Below, in pieces: positions 1 through 9,931 of a DNA stretch of 64,000 nucleotides. The DNA comes from Alphaproteobacteria bacterium (GTDB lineage Bacteria; Pseudomonadota; Alphaproteobacteria; Micavibrionales; UBA2020). Under the pieces are notes generated by a model, which was not told the DNA's origin, did no database searches, and was given only the letters and a program-made list of their open reading frames with translations. Position numbers and translations under genes: made by a program. Location of the stretch: contig JAEUKT010000002.1 in NCBI GenBank assembly GCA_016794125.1, forward strand, positions 434,848 through 498,847, written 5' to 3'. The first letter of the stretch is position 1. Each line of letters opens with the position of its first letter.

Positions 1-1472
1 TGGGCGCGCAGGTGGATCAGCGCATTCATGGACTCTTTCAGCCCTTTATCGAGCAGCGTTTTTTCAGCCGCGAGTTCGGGCGGCAGCGCATCGGAAATTT
101 TCCGGATTTTTTCGATGAACACATCGTCGCCCGGCTCCTTGCCCACCACCATGCGCAGCAATTCAAGCGCCTGGATATTGGCGGGGCCTTCCCATACCGT
201 CAGCACCATCGCGTCGCGGTACTGGCGCGCCGTCGGGAATTCTTCGGTGTAGCCGTTACCGCCGACCATCTCGAGCGCCTTTTTGGCGCACTGCACGCCG
301 TCCTCCGCCGTGCGGTATTTGGCGAGCGCGGTCGACAGGCGCAGCCATGTGCGCTGTTCTTCATCCTTCAGCGCGATATCGAAAGTTTTTGCGGCTTCAA
401 AGGCCAATGCCGTTGCCGCCTCGGAGCGCACCATCAGGTCGAACAATTCGTTCTGCACCATCGGGTAATTGATGATTTCCTTGCCGAACGCCTTGCGGTG
501 CGTCGCCCAGCTGGCGGCCTCCAGAAACGCGCGGCGCGTGACGCCTGCGCCGGCTACGGCATTGTGGATGCGCGAATATTCCAGCGCCTCCATCATGATG
601 CGAAGCCCGTGCGGCGGCGGCGCGATTTCGATGACTTCCGCGCCTTCCAGATCGATCTCGCCAGTCGCAAGTCCCTTGGTACCCAGTTTGTCTTTCAGGC
701 GGCGGATGCTATAGCTGTTCTGTTCGCCGTTCGCCAGATGGCTGGGCACAAGGTAAAGCCCCAGCCCTTTGCTGCCCGCAGGTGCGCCTTCGGGACGCGC
801 GGTTGCCAGCGCAAGGCCGGAATTGGCGTTGCTGGTAAACCATTTCAATCCGTGCAACGTCGTTTTTTCGCCATCCTTTTTCGCAACCGTGGTGGTCGCA
901 CCGACATCCGACCCGCCATGCAGTTCGGTCGCCCAGGTGCCGCCTGTTTTAGTCAGTCCGTCCATGCGTGTCATTTCATGCAGGTACGCTTCGCGCACAT
1001 CGGCGGGCGCGAATTTATCCAGCACATAGGCAACCGCGCCCGTCATGGTGACGGGGCAATGCACGGAAATATCGGATTGCGACAGCATATAGCCCATCGT
1101 GAAACTGAGCAGATGCGGCTCGGCATCCTTGTCCGCGAATGACAGGCCGATCGCGCCGCGCTTATAGGCTTCCTGATGCGCTGCTTCGTATTTGGCGTTG
1201 AAGATCACGCGGCTTTTTTTCTCGCCCAGTTTGTTGTGGGTTTCCAGCTGCGGCGGGGCGGTGCGGTCGCTGAAGGATGCCTGTTCATCCAGCTCCCCGC
1301 CGACGAATGCGCCGAAATCTTTTAAGCGGTCGAAATTGCGTTCCAGCATTTCCGGTGCGATGCGTTCCAATACGCGCTGGGCGTTCAGGTCGTTCGCAAA
1401 AAAGTTTTCGCCGCGCGTTTCTTTGGAATAAGTCGCGGGCGCGGCATTTTTACGCGGTGAAAACGCTGTCAT
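1..1472 (-). CDS. Acyl-CoA dehydrogenase family protein (AidB-like); C-terminal end cut by the window edge
   Basis: My own translation of the minus strand from the ATG at 1472-1470 gives MTAFSPRKNAAPATYSKETRGENFF. It continues through GGTWATELHGGSDVG, GTKGLATGEIDLEGA and MVGGNGYTEEFPTARQYRDAMVLTVWEGPANI and is open to position 1. It is missing from the ORF track because it has no in-window stop. The listed + ORF 12..1142 is its antisense shadow. Confidence 0.85.
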   Translation of the reverse strand, partial: MTAFSPRKNAAPATYSKETRGENFFANDLNAQRVLERIAPEMLERNFDRLKDFGAFVGGELDEQASFSDRTAPPQLETHNKLGEKKSRVIFNAKYEAAHQEAYKRGAIGLSFADKDAEPHLLSFTMGYMLSQSDISVHCPVTMTGAVAYVLDKFAPADVREAYLHEMTRMDGLTKTGGTWATELHGGSDVGATTTVAKKDGEKTTLHGLKWFTSNANSGLALATARPEGAPAGSKGLGLYLVPSHLANGEQNSYSIRRLKDKLGTKGLATGEIDLEGAEVIEIAPPPHGLRIMMEALEYSRIHNAVAGAGVTRRAFLEAASWATHRKAFGKEIINYPMVQNELFDLMVRSEAATALAFEAAKTFDIALKDEEQRTWLRLSTALAKYRTAEDGVQCAKKALEMVGGNGYTEEFPTARQYRDAMVLTVWEGPANIQALELLRMVVGKEPGDDVFIEKIRKISDALPPELAAEKTLLDKGLKESMNALIHLRA

Positions 1473-1621
1473 GGCCGTACATGCTCCATAATGAATTTTA
1501 CGAATCATGCGCTGCACGTGCCGAAAACTCAACCCCCTATTGACGGTATATCTGAACGATGCAAGGATACTAAACAGGGGATGATGCTTAACGGGGTGTG
1601 CTACATGGGGAGTTCTAAACA

Positions 1622-2242
1622 ATGACTGCCACGCACAAAGCTGATTTACAGAAAAAATTCCGCTATCACCACGGCAATTTGCGCGAAGCCGCAATTACGG
1701 CCGCACTTGAAATCCTGACACGCGACGGCGTTGCGGGTCTTTCTCTCCGCGCACTCGCAAAAGCGACCGGCGTCACGCCGACAGCGTTCTATGAAAGCCA
1801 TTTCGGCGACAAGGACGAATTGCTGGCCGCGGTTGCCGAAACCGGTTTCCAGCGTCTGGCCCTGCAAATGGCCGAAGACGCAACCGGCGCCCCCGATACG
1901 CAGACGCGCATCGAACGTCTGGCCGTCAGCTATATCCGTTTCGCGACCGAAAACAAGCCGCTGTTCCAGCTGATGTTCGGCCGCGAATTGTCGGACATGA
2001 AGCGTTTCCCGACGCTGGCCATGACGGCAGGCAAAAGCTATTCATTGATTTCGGCGGCGCTGTCGAAGCGCGAACAGGGCGGCGAGGACGCGCGGTTCCT
2101 GACCGTTGCGATCTGGAGCCTGTGCCACGGCCTGACCACGCTGGTCGTCGATGAAAAGCTGAAGCCGGAACAATTCGGCGTCGACACGACCGAGGCCTTC
2201 GTGAAGAAGACCATCGGCCTGTTCGGCAGCCATCTGGTTTAA
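1622..2242 (+). CDS. TetR/AcrR family transcriptional regulator
   Basis: The N-terminal HTH region reads NLREAAITAALEILTRDGVAGLSLRALAKATGVTPTAFYESHFGDKDELL. It is divergent from the acyl-CoA dehydrogenase gene, a typical arrangement. Confidence 0.85.
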   Translation: MTATHKADLQKKFRYHHGNLREAAITAALEILTRDGVAGLSLRALAKATGVTPTAFYESHFGDKDELLAAVAETGFQRLALQMAEDATGAPDTQTRIERLAVSYIRFATENKPLFQLMFGRELSDMKRFPTLAMTAGKSYSLISAALSKREQGGEDARFLTVAIWSLCHGLTTLVVDEKLKPEQFGVDTTEAFVKKTIGLFGSHLV

Positions 2243-3087
2243 GCGAACTTCTCCAATAACCGCTGCACCTTGCGCGCATAGGACGCGCCGAACAGCCGCG
2301 TGTGCACCAACAGTGGGTACAGGTTATACAAATCAGCCCGTTGCTCGAAAAAGCCGGGGCGGATCGGGCGGATTTCGTTATAGCGGTTGAAAAACGTATC
2401 GGTGAAGGTCGAGAACAGCTTGATGAACGCCAGTTCGATTTCCGGGTCGGCGTAATAGATCGCGGGGTCGAGGAACGCCGCGATGCGGCCGCGGCAGGCA
2501 AGGATATTGCCGCCCCAGACATCGCCATGGATGAGCGACGGCTTGGCGTAGCCCTTCAACATGTCCGGCACGCGTCCGGCAAGTTTTTCGATCGCCTTCA
2601 TCGTCTTGGCGTCGATCTTGGTTTCCTTCAAGGCCTCGCGCGCCATATAGAGCAAGCGGTGTTCGACGAAGAATGCGGGCCAGTCCTGCGTCTGCGGGTT
2701 CGGCTGCCGCAGGGACCCGATCAGCGTATCGCGCTCGAACCCGTAACTATCCGCCGTGATGGTATGCAGGTCGGCCAGGATATCCGCCGCAATGCGCTGG
2801 CCGGTGTCGTCAAGTCCGTATTGCGTCTCCACGAATTCCATCACGATGATGTGTTCGTTGCTGTAAAACACTGACGGCACGATCAGGCGCGAGCGGGTTT
2901 TCAGGTAATGGAGCATGAAAGCCTCGGTATCGAGCCCCCGCTCCGCCACCTTCGCCACCATGACTCGTTTGTTGTCGATCACGATGCGGTAAATTTGCGC
3001 GTTATTCGCGGCCGACAGCGGCGCAATCGTGGTAATGCGGCCTTTCAGCTCTTTTTCGACTTCCAGTTTCAGCGCAGGGGTGATCAT
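2239..3087 (-). CDS. Fructosamine/ketosamine kinase family protein
   Basis: Kinase-like motifs LIHGDVWGGNIL and DPAIYYADPEIELAF are present, and the 282-aa length fits the family. Confidence 0.85.
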   Translation of the reverse strand: MITPALKLEVEKELKGRITTIAPLSAANNAQIYRIVIDNKRVMVAKVAERGLDTEAFMLHYLKTRSRLIVPSVFYSNEHIIVMEFVETQYGLDDTGQRIAADILADLHTITADSYGFERDTLIGSLRQPNPQTQDWPAFFVEHRLLYMAREALKETKIDAKTMKAIEKLAGRVPDMLKGYAKPSLIHGDVWGGNILACRGRIAAFLDPAIYYADPEIELAFIKLFSTFTDTFFNRYNEIRPIRPGFFEQRADLYNLYPLLVHTRLFGASYARKVQRLLEKFA

Positions 3088-3542
3088 ATTTTGTGGGCCT
3101 TCCGTATTGTCATCAACAATTCTTCGCAGCGTTTGCGCACCAGTGCATAGACATGCTCAAAATCGGGCTCCGCCCCGTACCACGGGTCCGGCACATCGCC
3201 GGATTCAAGAAACATGGCGATCTTGGCACGGGCGTTTTTCGGCGCGCGGGTATTGATGATGGAATAATGCCCGCTATCCATTGCGAAAATATAATCGAAT
3301 TCGGCGTAATCCTTCGCCGACAGGTGCCGCGCCTTTTGCCCCTGCAACGACACGCCGTATTTTGCGGCCATACGCACAGACCGCGCGTCGGGCGGGTCGC
3401 CAACATGGTAGCTTTCGGTGCCGGATGACGCGATCCTGAATTCATCCTCCAGCCCCGCATCCTCGACCAGATGACGGAACACGCCCTCGGCGGTGGGGGA
3501 GCGGCAGATATTACCGGTGCAGACGAATAAAACGCTGATCAC
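3084..3542 (-). CDS. Low-molecular-weight protein-tyrosine phosphatase
   Basis: The P-loop VLFVCTGNICRSPTAEGVF (CX5R) is present. Its stop overlaps the start of the fructosamine kinase gene (ATGA). Confidence 0.9.
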   Translation of the reverse strand: MISVLFVCTGNICRSPTAEGVFRHLVEDAGLEDEFRIASSGTESYHVGDPPDARSVRMAAKYGVSLQGQKARHLSAKDYAEFDYIFAMDSGHYSIINTRAPKNARAKIAMFLESGDVPDPWYGAEPDFEHVYALVRKRCEELLMTIRKAHKI

Positions 3543-3610
3543 GCTCTTGCCTTTAATTGCTGCATCTGTGATTCTCGGACGGTGACATAATTCCGCTACA
3601 GGATATTATT

Positions 3611-5455
3611 TTGGCATTGAAACCCGCCCGTTTGCAATGGTCCGACGACGGCCAGCTGCGCAGCCTCGATTACGGCGACGTCTATTTCCAGCTGAAAAAA
3701 GGGCTGGATGAATCGCGCTATGTCTATCTTGACGGCAATAAGCTGCATGATCGGTTTGCAAAAGCGAAAGGCGCGTTCCATATCGCGGAAACCGGATTCG
3801 GCAGCGGCCTGAATTTTCTTCTGACGGCGCAATTATTTGCGCAAGCCGCGCCGCCCGATGCGCGGCTGGTTTATGCCAGCATCGAAAAGCACCCCGTTGC
3901 GCGCACCGACCTTGAAACCATCTATGCCCATTTCGGCGAATTGTCGCCGTGGTCGCAGCCTTTGCTGGAACAATACCCGCCGCTGATCGAGGGTTTTCAT
4001 ACGCTGCATTTCATGGAAGGGCGCGTGACGCTAATATTGCTGTTCGGCGATATCGCGGATGTACTGCCGCAATTACACGGAAAATTCGACGCGTGGCATC
4101 TGGACGGTTTTGCGCCAAAATATAACCCCGATATGTGGACGGAAAATGTTTATGCACAGGTGGCGGCGCGCACGAAACCCGGCGGCACCGTTGCATCGTT
4201 TTCATCGGCTGGCCATGTGCGGCGCGGCCTTGCGGCGGCGGGGTTTGACGTCAAAAAGGTAAAAGGCTTCGGGTTTAAATGGAGCAGCACGACAGCAACC
4301 ATGCCGGGCGAAGCCGCGCCCGCACCGTCGCCCCAAAAAATCGCCGTGCTGGGCGCTGGCATTGCGGGTTGCAGCGCCGCCCATGCGCTGGCGACACGCG
4401 GGCATCACGTGACATTGATCGACCGGCACGACGGTGCGGCGCAGGAAACATCCGGCAACCCTGCCGGTATCGTCTATCCCAAGCTGACGGCGGATGCATC
4501 GCCGATGGGCGTTTATCACGCCCATGCGTTCAGTTTCACGCGCAGCCTGCTGACCGGATTGAAGCTGCCGTCATGGCGCGCCTGCGGCGTGACGCATCTG
4601 GACATGAGCGATGACGAAGCGCAGAAAACAAGGCAGATACTGGACAATAACGCATTTCCGCCGGATTACGCGCAGGCCTGCGCCGGCGGTTATCACCAGC
4701 CCATGGCGGGATTTTTATCGCCGCGGGACTTTTGCGCACGACTGGCTGACCATCCGAATATCGCCACAAAATTTGGCGCAGGCGTTGAAAGCATCGAGCA
4801 AGCAGGCGATGGCTGGAAAATACTGGGATCGGCCTATGATGCGGTTGTAATCGCGCTGGGTAATCACAGTAAATATTTCCCGCAGGCAAAATGGCTGCCC
4901 TTGCAATCATTGCGCGGGCAGATCACGATGCTGAAACCGACCGCTGTATCCGCTTCGCTGGAAAAAGTCATTTGCCACGAAGGTTATATCACGCCGCTGC
5001 AAGACGGATTGCATTGCATCGGCGCGACATTCCAGAAGGAAGATGCCGCGTTATCTGAAACGCGCGCAGCAGATGATCTTGAAAACCTGAAAAACCTGAA
5101 GGAAAGCCTGCCGCAATTCGGGTTCGACGAAACACATATCTGCGGCAGCCGCAGCGGGTATCGCGCAACCACGCCCGACAAGTTGCCCATGGCAGGGGCT
5201 TGCGCCGATTACGCGGCTTATGTCGCGGCGAATCCGCAGGTGCGCGGCGGTGCGCCCGTTGCCGAAACGCCGCGTTTGCGCGGTTTGTATATTTGCACAG
5301 GCTTTGGCGCGCATGGCATGACCGGCGGGCCGCTGGCGGGGGAGATGATCGCGGCGGAAATTTCTGGCGACCCCTTGCCCGTTCCCGCCAGCCTTGCCGA
5401 GCGGCTGCTGCCGGAGCGGTTTATCGCGCGGGCGTTGAAGCGGAAAGAAATCTAG
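3611..5455 (+). CDS. mnmC: Bifunctional tRNA 5-methylaminomethyl-2-thiouridine methyltransferase / FAD-dependent cmnm5s2U34 oxidoreductase
   Basis: The N-terminal methyltransferase part has FHIAETGFGSGLNFL and DAWHLDGFAPKYNPDMW. The C-terminal part has the FAD fold IAVLGAGIAGCSAAHALATRG. The start is a TTG, so the exact start is uncertain. Confidence 0.85.
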   Translation: MALKPARLQWSDDGQLRSLDYGDVYFQLKKGLDESRYVYLDGNKLHDRFAKAKGAFHIAETGFGSGLNFLLTAQLFAQAAPPDARLVYASIEKHPVARTDLETIYAHFGELSPWSQPLLEQYPPLIEGFHTLHFMEGRVTLILLFGDIADVLPQLHGKFDAWHLDGFAPKYNPDMWTENVYAQVAARTKPGGTVASFSSAGHVRRGLAAAGFDVKKVKGFGFKWSSTTATMPGEAAPAPSPQKIAVLGAGIAGCSAAHALATRGHHVTLIDRHDGAAQETSGNPAGIVYPKLTADASPMGVYHAHAFSFTRSLLTGLKLPSWRACGVTHLDMSDDEAQKTRQILDNNAFPPDYAQACAGGYHQPMAGFLSPRDFCARLADHPNIATKFGAGVESIEQAGDGWKILGSAYDAVVIALGNHSKYFPQAKWLPLQSLRGQITMLKPTAVSASLEKVICHEGYITPLQDGLHCIGATFQKEDAALSETRAADDLENLKNLKESLPQFGFDETHICGSRSGYRATTPDKLPMAGACADYAAYVAANPQVRGGAPVAETPRLRGLYICTGFGAHGMTGGPLAGEMIAAEISGDPLPVPASLAERLLPERFIARALKRKEI

Positions 5456-6129
5456 ACTTCGGTCACGCGCATATCGGCTGGCAGCAGTTTATCGCTGACC
5501 GGCTCGAAGGTGTTCGCGTAGGCGGGCATAAAGCGGAAATCCCACCATTCCTGCGGCAGGGGGAGGATGTCACGCCCCGCCTCCTTCGCCGCCCCGACCA
5601 TCGAATCTTCCAGCAATTTGCGGTGCGCCAGCACGGCAGGTGACAGCCTCGTGTAGCTGCGGGCGGCGGGGTTATTGGCAGGGTCGGTCGTCAGGTGATC
5701 GAAAGACGTACCCATATCGACTTGATCGCCGTTTTCCGTCAGGAGGATGATGTCAATCGCCATGCCGCGCGGATGGCCGCCCTTGCCGGGCGGCGACAGC
5801 AGGCGGTTTGGCTCCTGCAGCCAATGCGGATTGGCCCTGACGATATCGGTTTCAGCCATCAACGCCTGCGCTTCGATCGTGCGCAGGCAGTCTTTCAATT
5901 CGAAAACATAACCGCTTTTTTCAAAACAGATATCGGCGGCGCGCAGGATGATGGGTGCCAGTTCGCAGTGGCACCACATTTTGGCCTCACGACGGTAAAT
6001 GCCCGCCTTGAAGATATTGTCGGGATGCTGCGGCTGCGCATAGACGACATCGATCCTCACCGGATGCCGTGTCACAAAACTGCCGAGATCCACAAGATCG
6101 TCCGGATAAATTTTTGTCAGTTCCGACAT
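5452..6129 (-). CDS. M15 family zinc peptidase, VanX/DdpX-like D-Ala-D-Ala dipeptidase
   Basis: GGHPRGMAIDIILL matches the SxHxxGxAxD-type zinc/catalytic motif. FDHL and QEWWDFRF correspond to the EWWH motif of VanX, with Asp in place of His. Confidence 0.7.
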   Translation of the reverse strand: MSELTKIYPDDLVDLGSFVTRHPVRIDVVYAQPQHPDNIFKAGIYRREAKMWCHCELAPIILRAADICFEKSGYVFELKDCLRTIEAQALMAETDIVRANPHWLQEPNRLLSPPGKGGHPRGMAIDIILLTENGDQVDMGTSFDHLTTDPANNPAARSYTRLSPAVLAHRKLLEDSMVGAAKEAGRDILPLPQEWWDFRFMPAYANTFEPVSDKLLPADMRVTEV

Positions 6130-7778
6130 TACCCGGCGAGTTCCGACAGTTTCTTGGCGGTCGTGATCTGTTGCGGATCCATTTTCACCTCGATCAGCGT
6201 CGGTTTTTTCGACGCAATCGCCGCCTTGAACGCAGGCAGGAAATCGGCCGTCTTTTCAACCGTGACGCCTGCCGCGCCGTAGGACCTTGCAAGCGCGGCG
6301 AAATCGGGGTTGGTCAGGTCTGTCGCCGATTTGCGGCCCGGATAATGTTTTTCCTGGTGCATGCGGATCGTGCCGTACATGCCGTTGTTGAACACCAGCC
6401 AGATCGGGTGCGCGCCTTCATGCATGGCGGTGGCAATTTCCTGCCCCGTCATCATGAAGCCGCCGTCGCCCATGAAACCCACGACCACGCGGTCGGGGCA
6501 GGCGAGGCTGGCGGCAACCGCCGACGGCGCGCCATAGCCCATCGCGCCGGATGTGGGGGCGAGCAGCCGCATCGGGCGGTCATAGCGCACGAACCGCTGC
6601 GGCCAGCCGCTGAAATTGCCGGCATCGGTCGTGATAATCGCGTCTTCTGGCAGCGTATTGATAACGTCTTCGATCACGCCGTCCAGATCGACCGCAAATT
6701 TGTCGCGGCTTTTCACCGTGGACCACGCGCGATAACGGGCATTGAGGGATTTCGTCCATTCTGCCCAGTCGCCTGTGATCGAAACATTCTCGAGCGCCTT
6801 GGCGAATTCGCCGACGCTGGAATGAATGGCGAGTTCGGCCTTATAAACCTTGTTCAGTTCCGACGCATCGGGATACACGTGCACCAGACGCTGTTTCGGC
6901 GCGGGCGATGTGATGATCGTATAGCTTTGCGTCAGAATTTCGCCAAGGCGCGTACCGACGGCGACGATGACATCCGCTTCCTCGACCCGTTTCAGCAATT
7001 CGGGATCGATGGTGGTGCCCAGCACCCCCGCATAGCATTCATGATTGTTGTGGAATGCGTCCTGACGGCGGAAGCCGGCAATCACGGGCAGTTTCGAAGC
7101 CGCCGCGAATTTTTCAAATTGCGCGATGGAGGTATCCGTCCAGCTACCGCCGCCGACGATAACCAGCGGCTTTTTTGCCTCCTGCAAAATGGTTTTCAGT
7201 TTTTCGATATCGGCATGCTTCGGCGCGAAATGCGTGGGCGCAGTCGGGTAAATGACAGGCACATCGGAATCTTCGCACAGCATGTCTTCAGGCAGCGCGA
7301 CGACGACGGGGCCGGGGCGGCCGGTCGTGGCGGCCTCGAAAGCTTCCTTCATCACGCGGGGGATATCGGCGGCCTTTTCGATCTGCACCGCCCATTTGGC
7401 GATGGGGGGCTGGAACATCAGGCGGTAATCGACCTCCTGAAACGCTTCACGCCCCATCATCTCCCGCCCGACCTGCCCGACCAGCAGGATGAACGGAGTC
7501 GAATCCTGCATCGCGGTATGCAGGCCGATGGAAGCGTTGCAGGCGCCGGGGCCGCGGGTGACAAAGCAGATGCCGGGCTGTCCGGTCAGCTTGCCATAGG
7601 CCTCGGCCATGAACGCCGCCCCGCCTTCCTGGCGGCAGGTGATGACGCGCATGGAATCTTCGCCGTGCAGCGCGTCGAGCGCATCAAGATAGCTTTCGCC
7701 CGGCACGCAGAAAATTTTCTTCACGCCATGCGCGCGTAAGCTTTCGATCAGGATATTGCCGCCGCTTCGTTGTTTCAT
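6129..7778 (-). CDS. Thiamine pyrophosphate-dependent enzyme, acetolactate synthase large subunit-like
   Basis: Motifs seen are FCVPGESYLDALDAL, RQEGGAAFMAEAYGKLTGQPGICFVTRGPGACN and the TPP motif GDGGFMMTGQEIATA...NNGMYGTI. The start is moved to MKQRSGGNIL (ATG at 7778) instead of the track start at 7922. Confidence 0.85.
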   Translation of the reverse strand: MKQRSGGNILIESLRAHGVKKIFCVPGESYLDALDALHGEDSMRVITCRQEGGAAFMAEAYGKLTGQPGICFVTRGPGACNASIGLHTAMQDSTPFILLVGQVGREMMGREAFQEVDYRLMFQPPIAKWAVQIEKAADIPRVMKEAFEAATTGRPGPVVVALPEDMLCEDSDVPVIYPTAPTHFAPKHADIEKLKTILQEAKKPLVIVGGGSWTDTSIAQFEKFAAASKLPVIAGFRRQDAFHNNHECYAGVLGTTIDPELLKRVEEADVIVAVGTRLGEILTQSYTIITSPAPKQRLVHVYPDASELNKVYKAELAIHSSVGEFAKALENVSITGDWAEWTKSLNARYRAWSTVKSRDKFAVDLDGVIEDVINTLPEDAIITTDAGNFSGWPQRFVRYDRPMRLLAPTSGAMGYGAPSAVAASLACPDRVVVGFMGDGGFMMTGQEIATAMHEGAHPIWLVFNNGMYGTIRMHQEKHYPGRKSATDLTNPDFAALARSYGAAGVTVEKTADFLPAFKAAIASKKPTLIEVKMDPQQITTAKKLSELAG

Positions 7779-7780
7779 GA

Positions 7781-8182
7781 TCAATGCGCCACGCTGTAAA
7801 TTGCGCCCACGATGGAGCTTGTGAAGAACCAGACGAAATAAAGGAACACCAGCGCCGTGCCCAGCTGCGCCATAAAGCTGCGCGGCATCATCTTCCACAC
7901 TTCGCGGGCGATTTTCGTCCACTTGATCAGGTAAGGGTCGGCATTGCGCAGATTTTCATCCTTGTCGGCGATGGCGACGATATCAAGGAAACCGCGCACG
8001 AGTTCGGGGTGGGAAGTAAGGTTCCAAAGGTCGAACGGGCCCTTGGCCATCCACAAATCCCAATGATGCGTTTTGAGCCTTTTCCAGACTTTCCAGAACG
8101 GCAGCAGCGGGAGGGAGATGAAGAAAGTCATCACGCCACCGGCGACAAAGATGTAGAGTATTGTTAAAATCTTGGGGGTCAT
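7781..8182 (-). CDS. Hypothetical membrane protein (133 aa)
   Basis: Only the C-terminal 133 codons of track ORF 7781..9976 look coding. They run from MTPKILTILYIFVAGGVMTFFISLPLL to FVWFFTSSIVGAIYSVAH, with hydrophobic helices at both ends. The rest of that ORF is antisense to the substrate-binding protein gene. Confidence 0.55.
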   Translation of the reverse strand: MTPKILTILYIFVAGGVMTFFISLPLLPFWKVWKRLKTHHWDLWMAKGPFDLWNLTSHPELVRGFLDIVAIADKDENLRNADPYLIKWTKIAREVWKMMPRSFMAQLGTALVFLYFVWFFTSSIVGAIYSVAH

Positions 8183-8257
8183 AAAACGGCTCGCATTATA
8201 GTGAGTGTTCAGTTTTCGGATACAACCTTCAGCCGGATTATATTCAACGCTAAGCGC

Positions 8258-9931
8258 ATGAAAATAGCAAAAGTTTTTCTGGTCATTGCCGCCGTCACCG
8301 CCGCCGCTTCCGCCCGCGCGGAGGAGCATAAAACGCTGAAGATCGGCATATCGCAATATCCGTCGACGCTGAACCCGTATTTCGACGAGATGGTCGCCAA
8401 GAGCATGGTACTGGGCGGCACGACGCGCCCCGTGACGGTGAACGGCCCCGACTGGAAACCGCATTGCATGCTCTGCACCGAACTTCCAACTTATGAAAAC
8501 GGCCGCGCCAAGAAAGAAAAAACCAAGGACGGCACCGGCATCGCCGCCACCTATACGCTGAAAGACAACCTGTTCTGGGGCGACGGCACGCCCGTCACGA
8601 CCAAGGACATCATTTTCGCCTATGAAGTCGCCAAGCACCCGAAATCGGGCGTCGGCAACGGCGAGTTTTTCACGAAAGATATCGTGAATGTGACGGCGGA
8701 TGACGCGCACAGCTTCACGATCCATTACGCCAAGGAAAAATGCGACTTCGCCCATATCGGCGATTTTTACCCGCTGCCGGAGCATCTGGAGCGCAAGATT
8801 TTCGAAAAAGACCCGGAAACCTATAAAAACCGCACGCTGTATAACACCGACAGCACGAATGCCGGTTTGTGGCTGGGGCCTTATAAAATCGCCAAGGTTG
8901 AATCGGGCGCATCGATTGCGATGGAAAAAAACCCGCAATGGAAGGGCACCGCCCCGTGGTTCGACAAAATCACATGGCGCACGATCGATAATTCCACCGC
9001 GCTGCAGGCGAATTTGCTGGCGGGCGATGTCGATTATATCCCGGGTGAACTGGGCGTGATGCTGGACGAGGCCTTGGTGTTCGAAAAACGCCTGAACGCG
9101 ACGCGCCCCGGCAAATTTAACGTCACCTACAAGCCCAGCCTGACCTATGAGCATATCGACCTGCCCGTCGACCGCGCGCCGTTCAACGATCTGCGCGTGC
9201 GTCAGGCATTGTTGTATGCGACCGACCGCGCAGGCATCAGCCAGCAGCTGTTCGGCGGCAAGCAGCCCGTCGCGCTGACCAACATGAACCCGCAGGACAC
9301 GGTTTATACGGCCGATGTCGCGCAATACCCGTACGACCTGAAAAAAGCGGGCGAATTGCTGGATGCAGCGGGCTTCTTGAAAAAAGAAGACGGTTTCCGC
9401 TATGGCGCAGATGGCAAGAAGCTGGTGATTTCGCTGGCGACCACCGCCGGCAACCGCACACGCGAAACGATCGCGCAGGCCGTGCAGTCGGATTTGAAAA
9501 AATCCGGCATCGAGGTGAAAATCGACCTGCAGCCCGCGCGCGTGCTGTTCGGCGACACCATGCGCCAACGCAAATTCACCGGTGGCGCGATGTATGCCTG
9601 GATGAGCGCGCCGCAGTCGATCCCGAAAACGACGCTGTATTCCAGCATGGTGCCGACCAAGGAAAACAACTGGGCGGGACAGAACTACACCGGCTATACG
9701 AACCCGAAGATGGACAAGGTTATCGACGACCTTGATACCGTCTGTGCGCCCGACAAAAACCTGGCGTTGTGGCATGACCTGCAAAAAATGTATGCGGAGG
9801 AACTGCCCGCCCTGCCCCTGTATTACCGTGCCGACAGCTATTTCACGCCCGTCTGGCTGAAGGGCGTGACACCCACGGGCCACCTGAACCCGTCCACACT
9901 CTGGATTGAAGACTGGAGCGCTGTTCCATGA
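8258..9931 (+). CDS. ABC transporter substrate-binding protein, family 5 (peptide/nickel/opine type)
   Basis: It has the signal peptide MKIAKVFLVIAAVTAAASARA and typical family-5 length and composition. It sits immediately upstream of two Dpp/Opp-type permease genes. Confidence 0.85.
   Translation: MKIAKVFLVIAAVTAAASARAEEHKTLKIGISQYPSTLNPYFDEMVAKSMVLGGTTRPVTVNGPDWKPHCMLCTELPTYENGRAKKEKTKDGTGIAATYTLKDNLFWGDGTPVTTKDIIFAYEVAKHPKSGVGNGEFFTKDIVNVTADDAHSFTIHYAKEKCDFAHIGDFYPLPEHLERKIFEKDPETYKNRTLYNTDSTNAGLWLGPYKIAKVESGASIAMEKNPQWKGTAPWFDKITWRTIDNSTALQANLLAGDVDYIPGELGVMLDEALVFEKRLNATRPGKFNVTYKPSLTYEHIDLPVDRAPFNDLRVRQALLYATDRAGISQQLFGGKQPVALTNMNPQDTVYTADVAQYPYDLKKAGELLDAAGFLKKEDGFRYGADGKKLVISLATTAGNRTRETIAQAVQSDLKKSGIEVKIDLQPARVLFGDTMRQRKFTGGAMYAWMSAPQSIPKTTLYSSMVPTKENNWAGQNYTGYTNPKMDKVIDDLDTVCAPDKNLALWHDLQKMYAEELPALPLYYRADSYFTPVWLKGVTPTGHLNPSTLWIEDWSAVP

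Noticed and set aside
12-1142. 376-aa plus-strand ORF at the left edge
   Set aside because: The product is Arg/Gly/Ala/His-rich nonsense with no motifs. It is exactly antisense to a convincing acyl-CoA dehydrogenase frame that I translated from the minus strand. It is a typical shadow ORF of GC-rich DNA.
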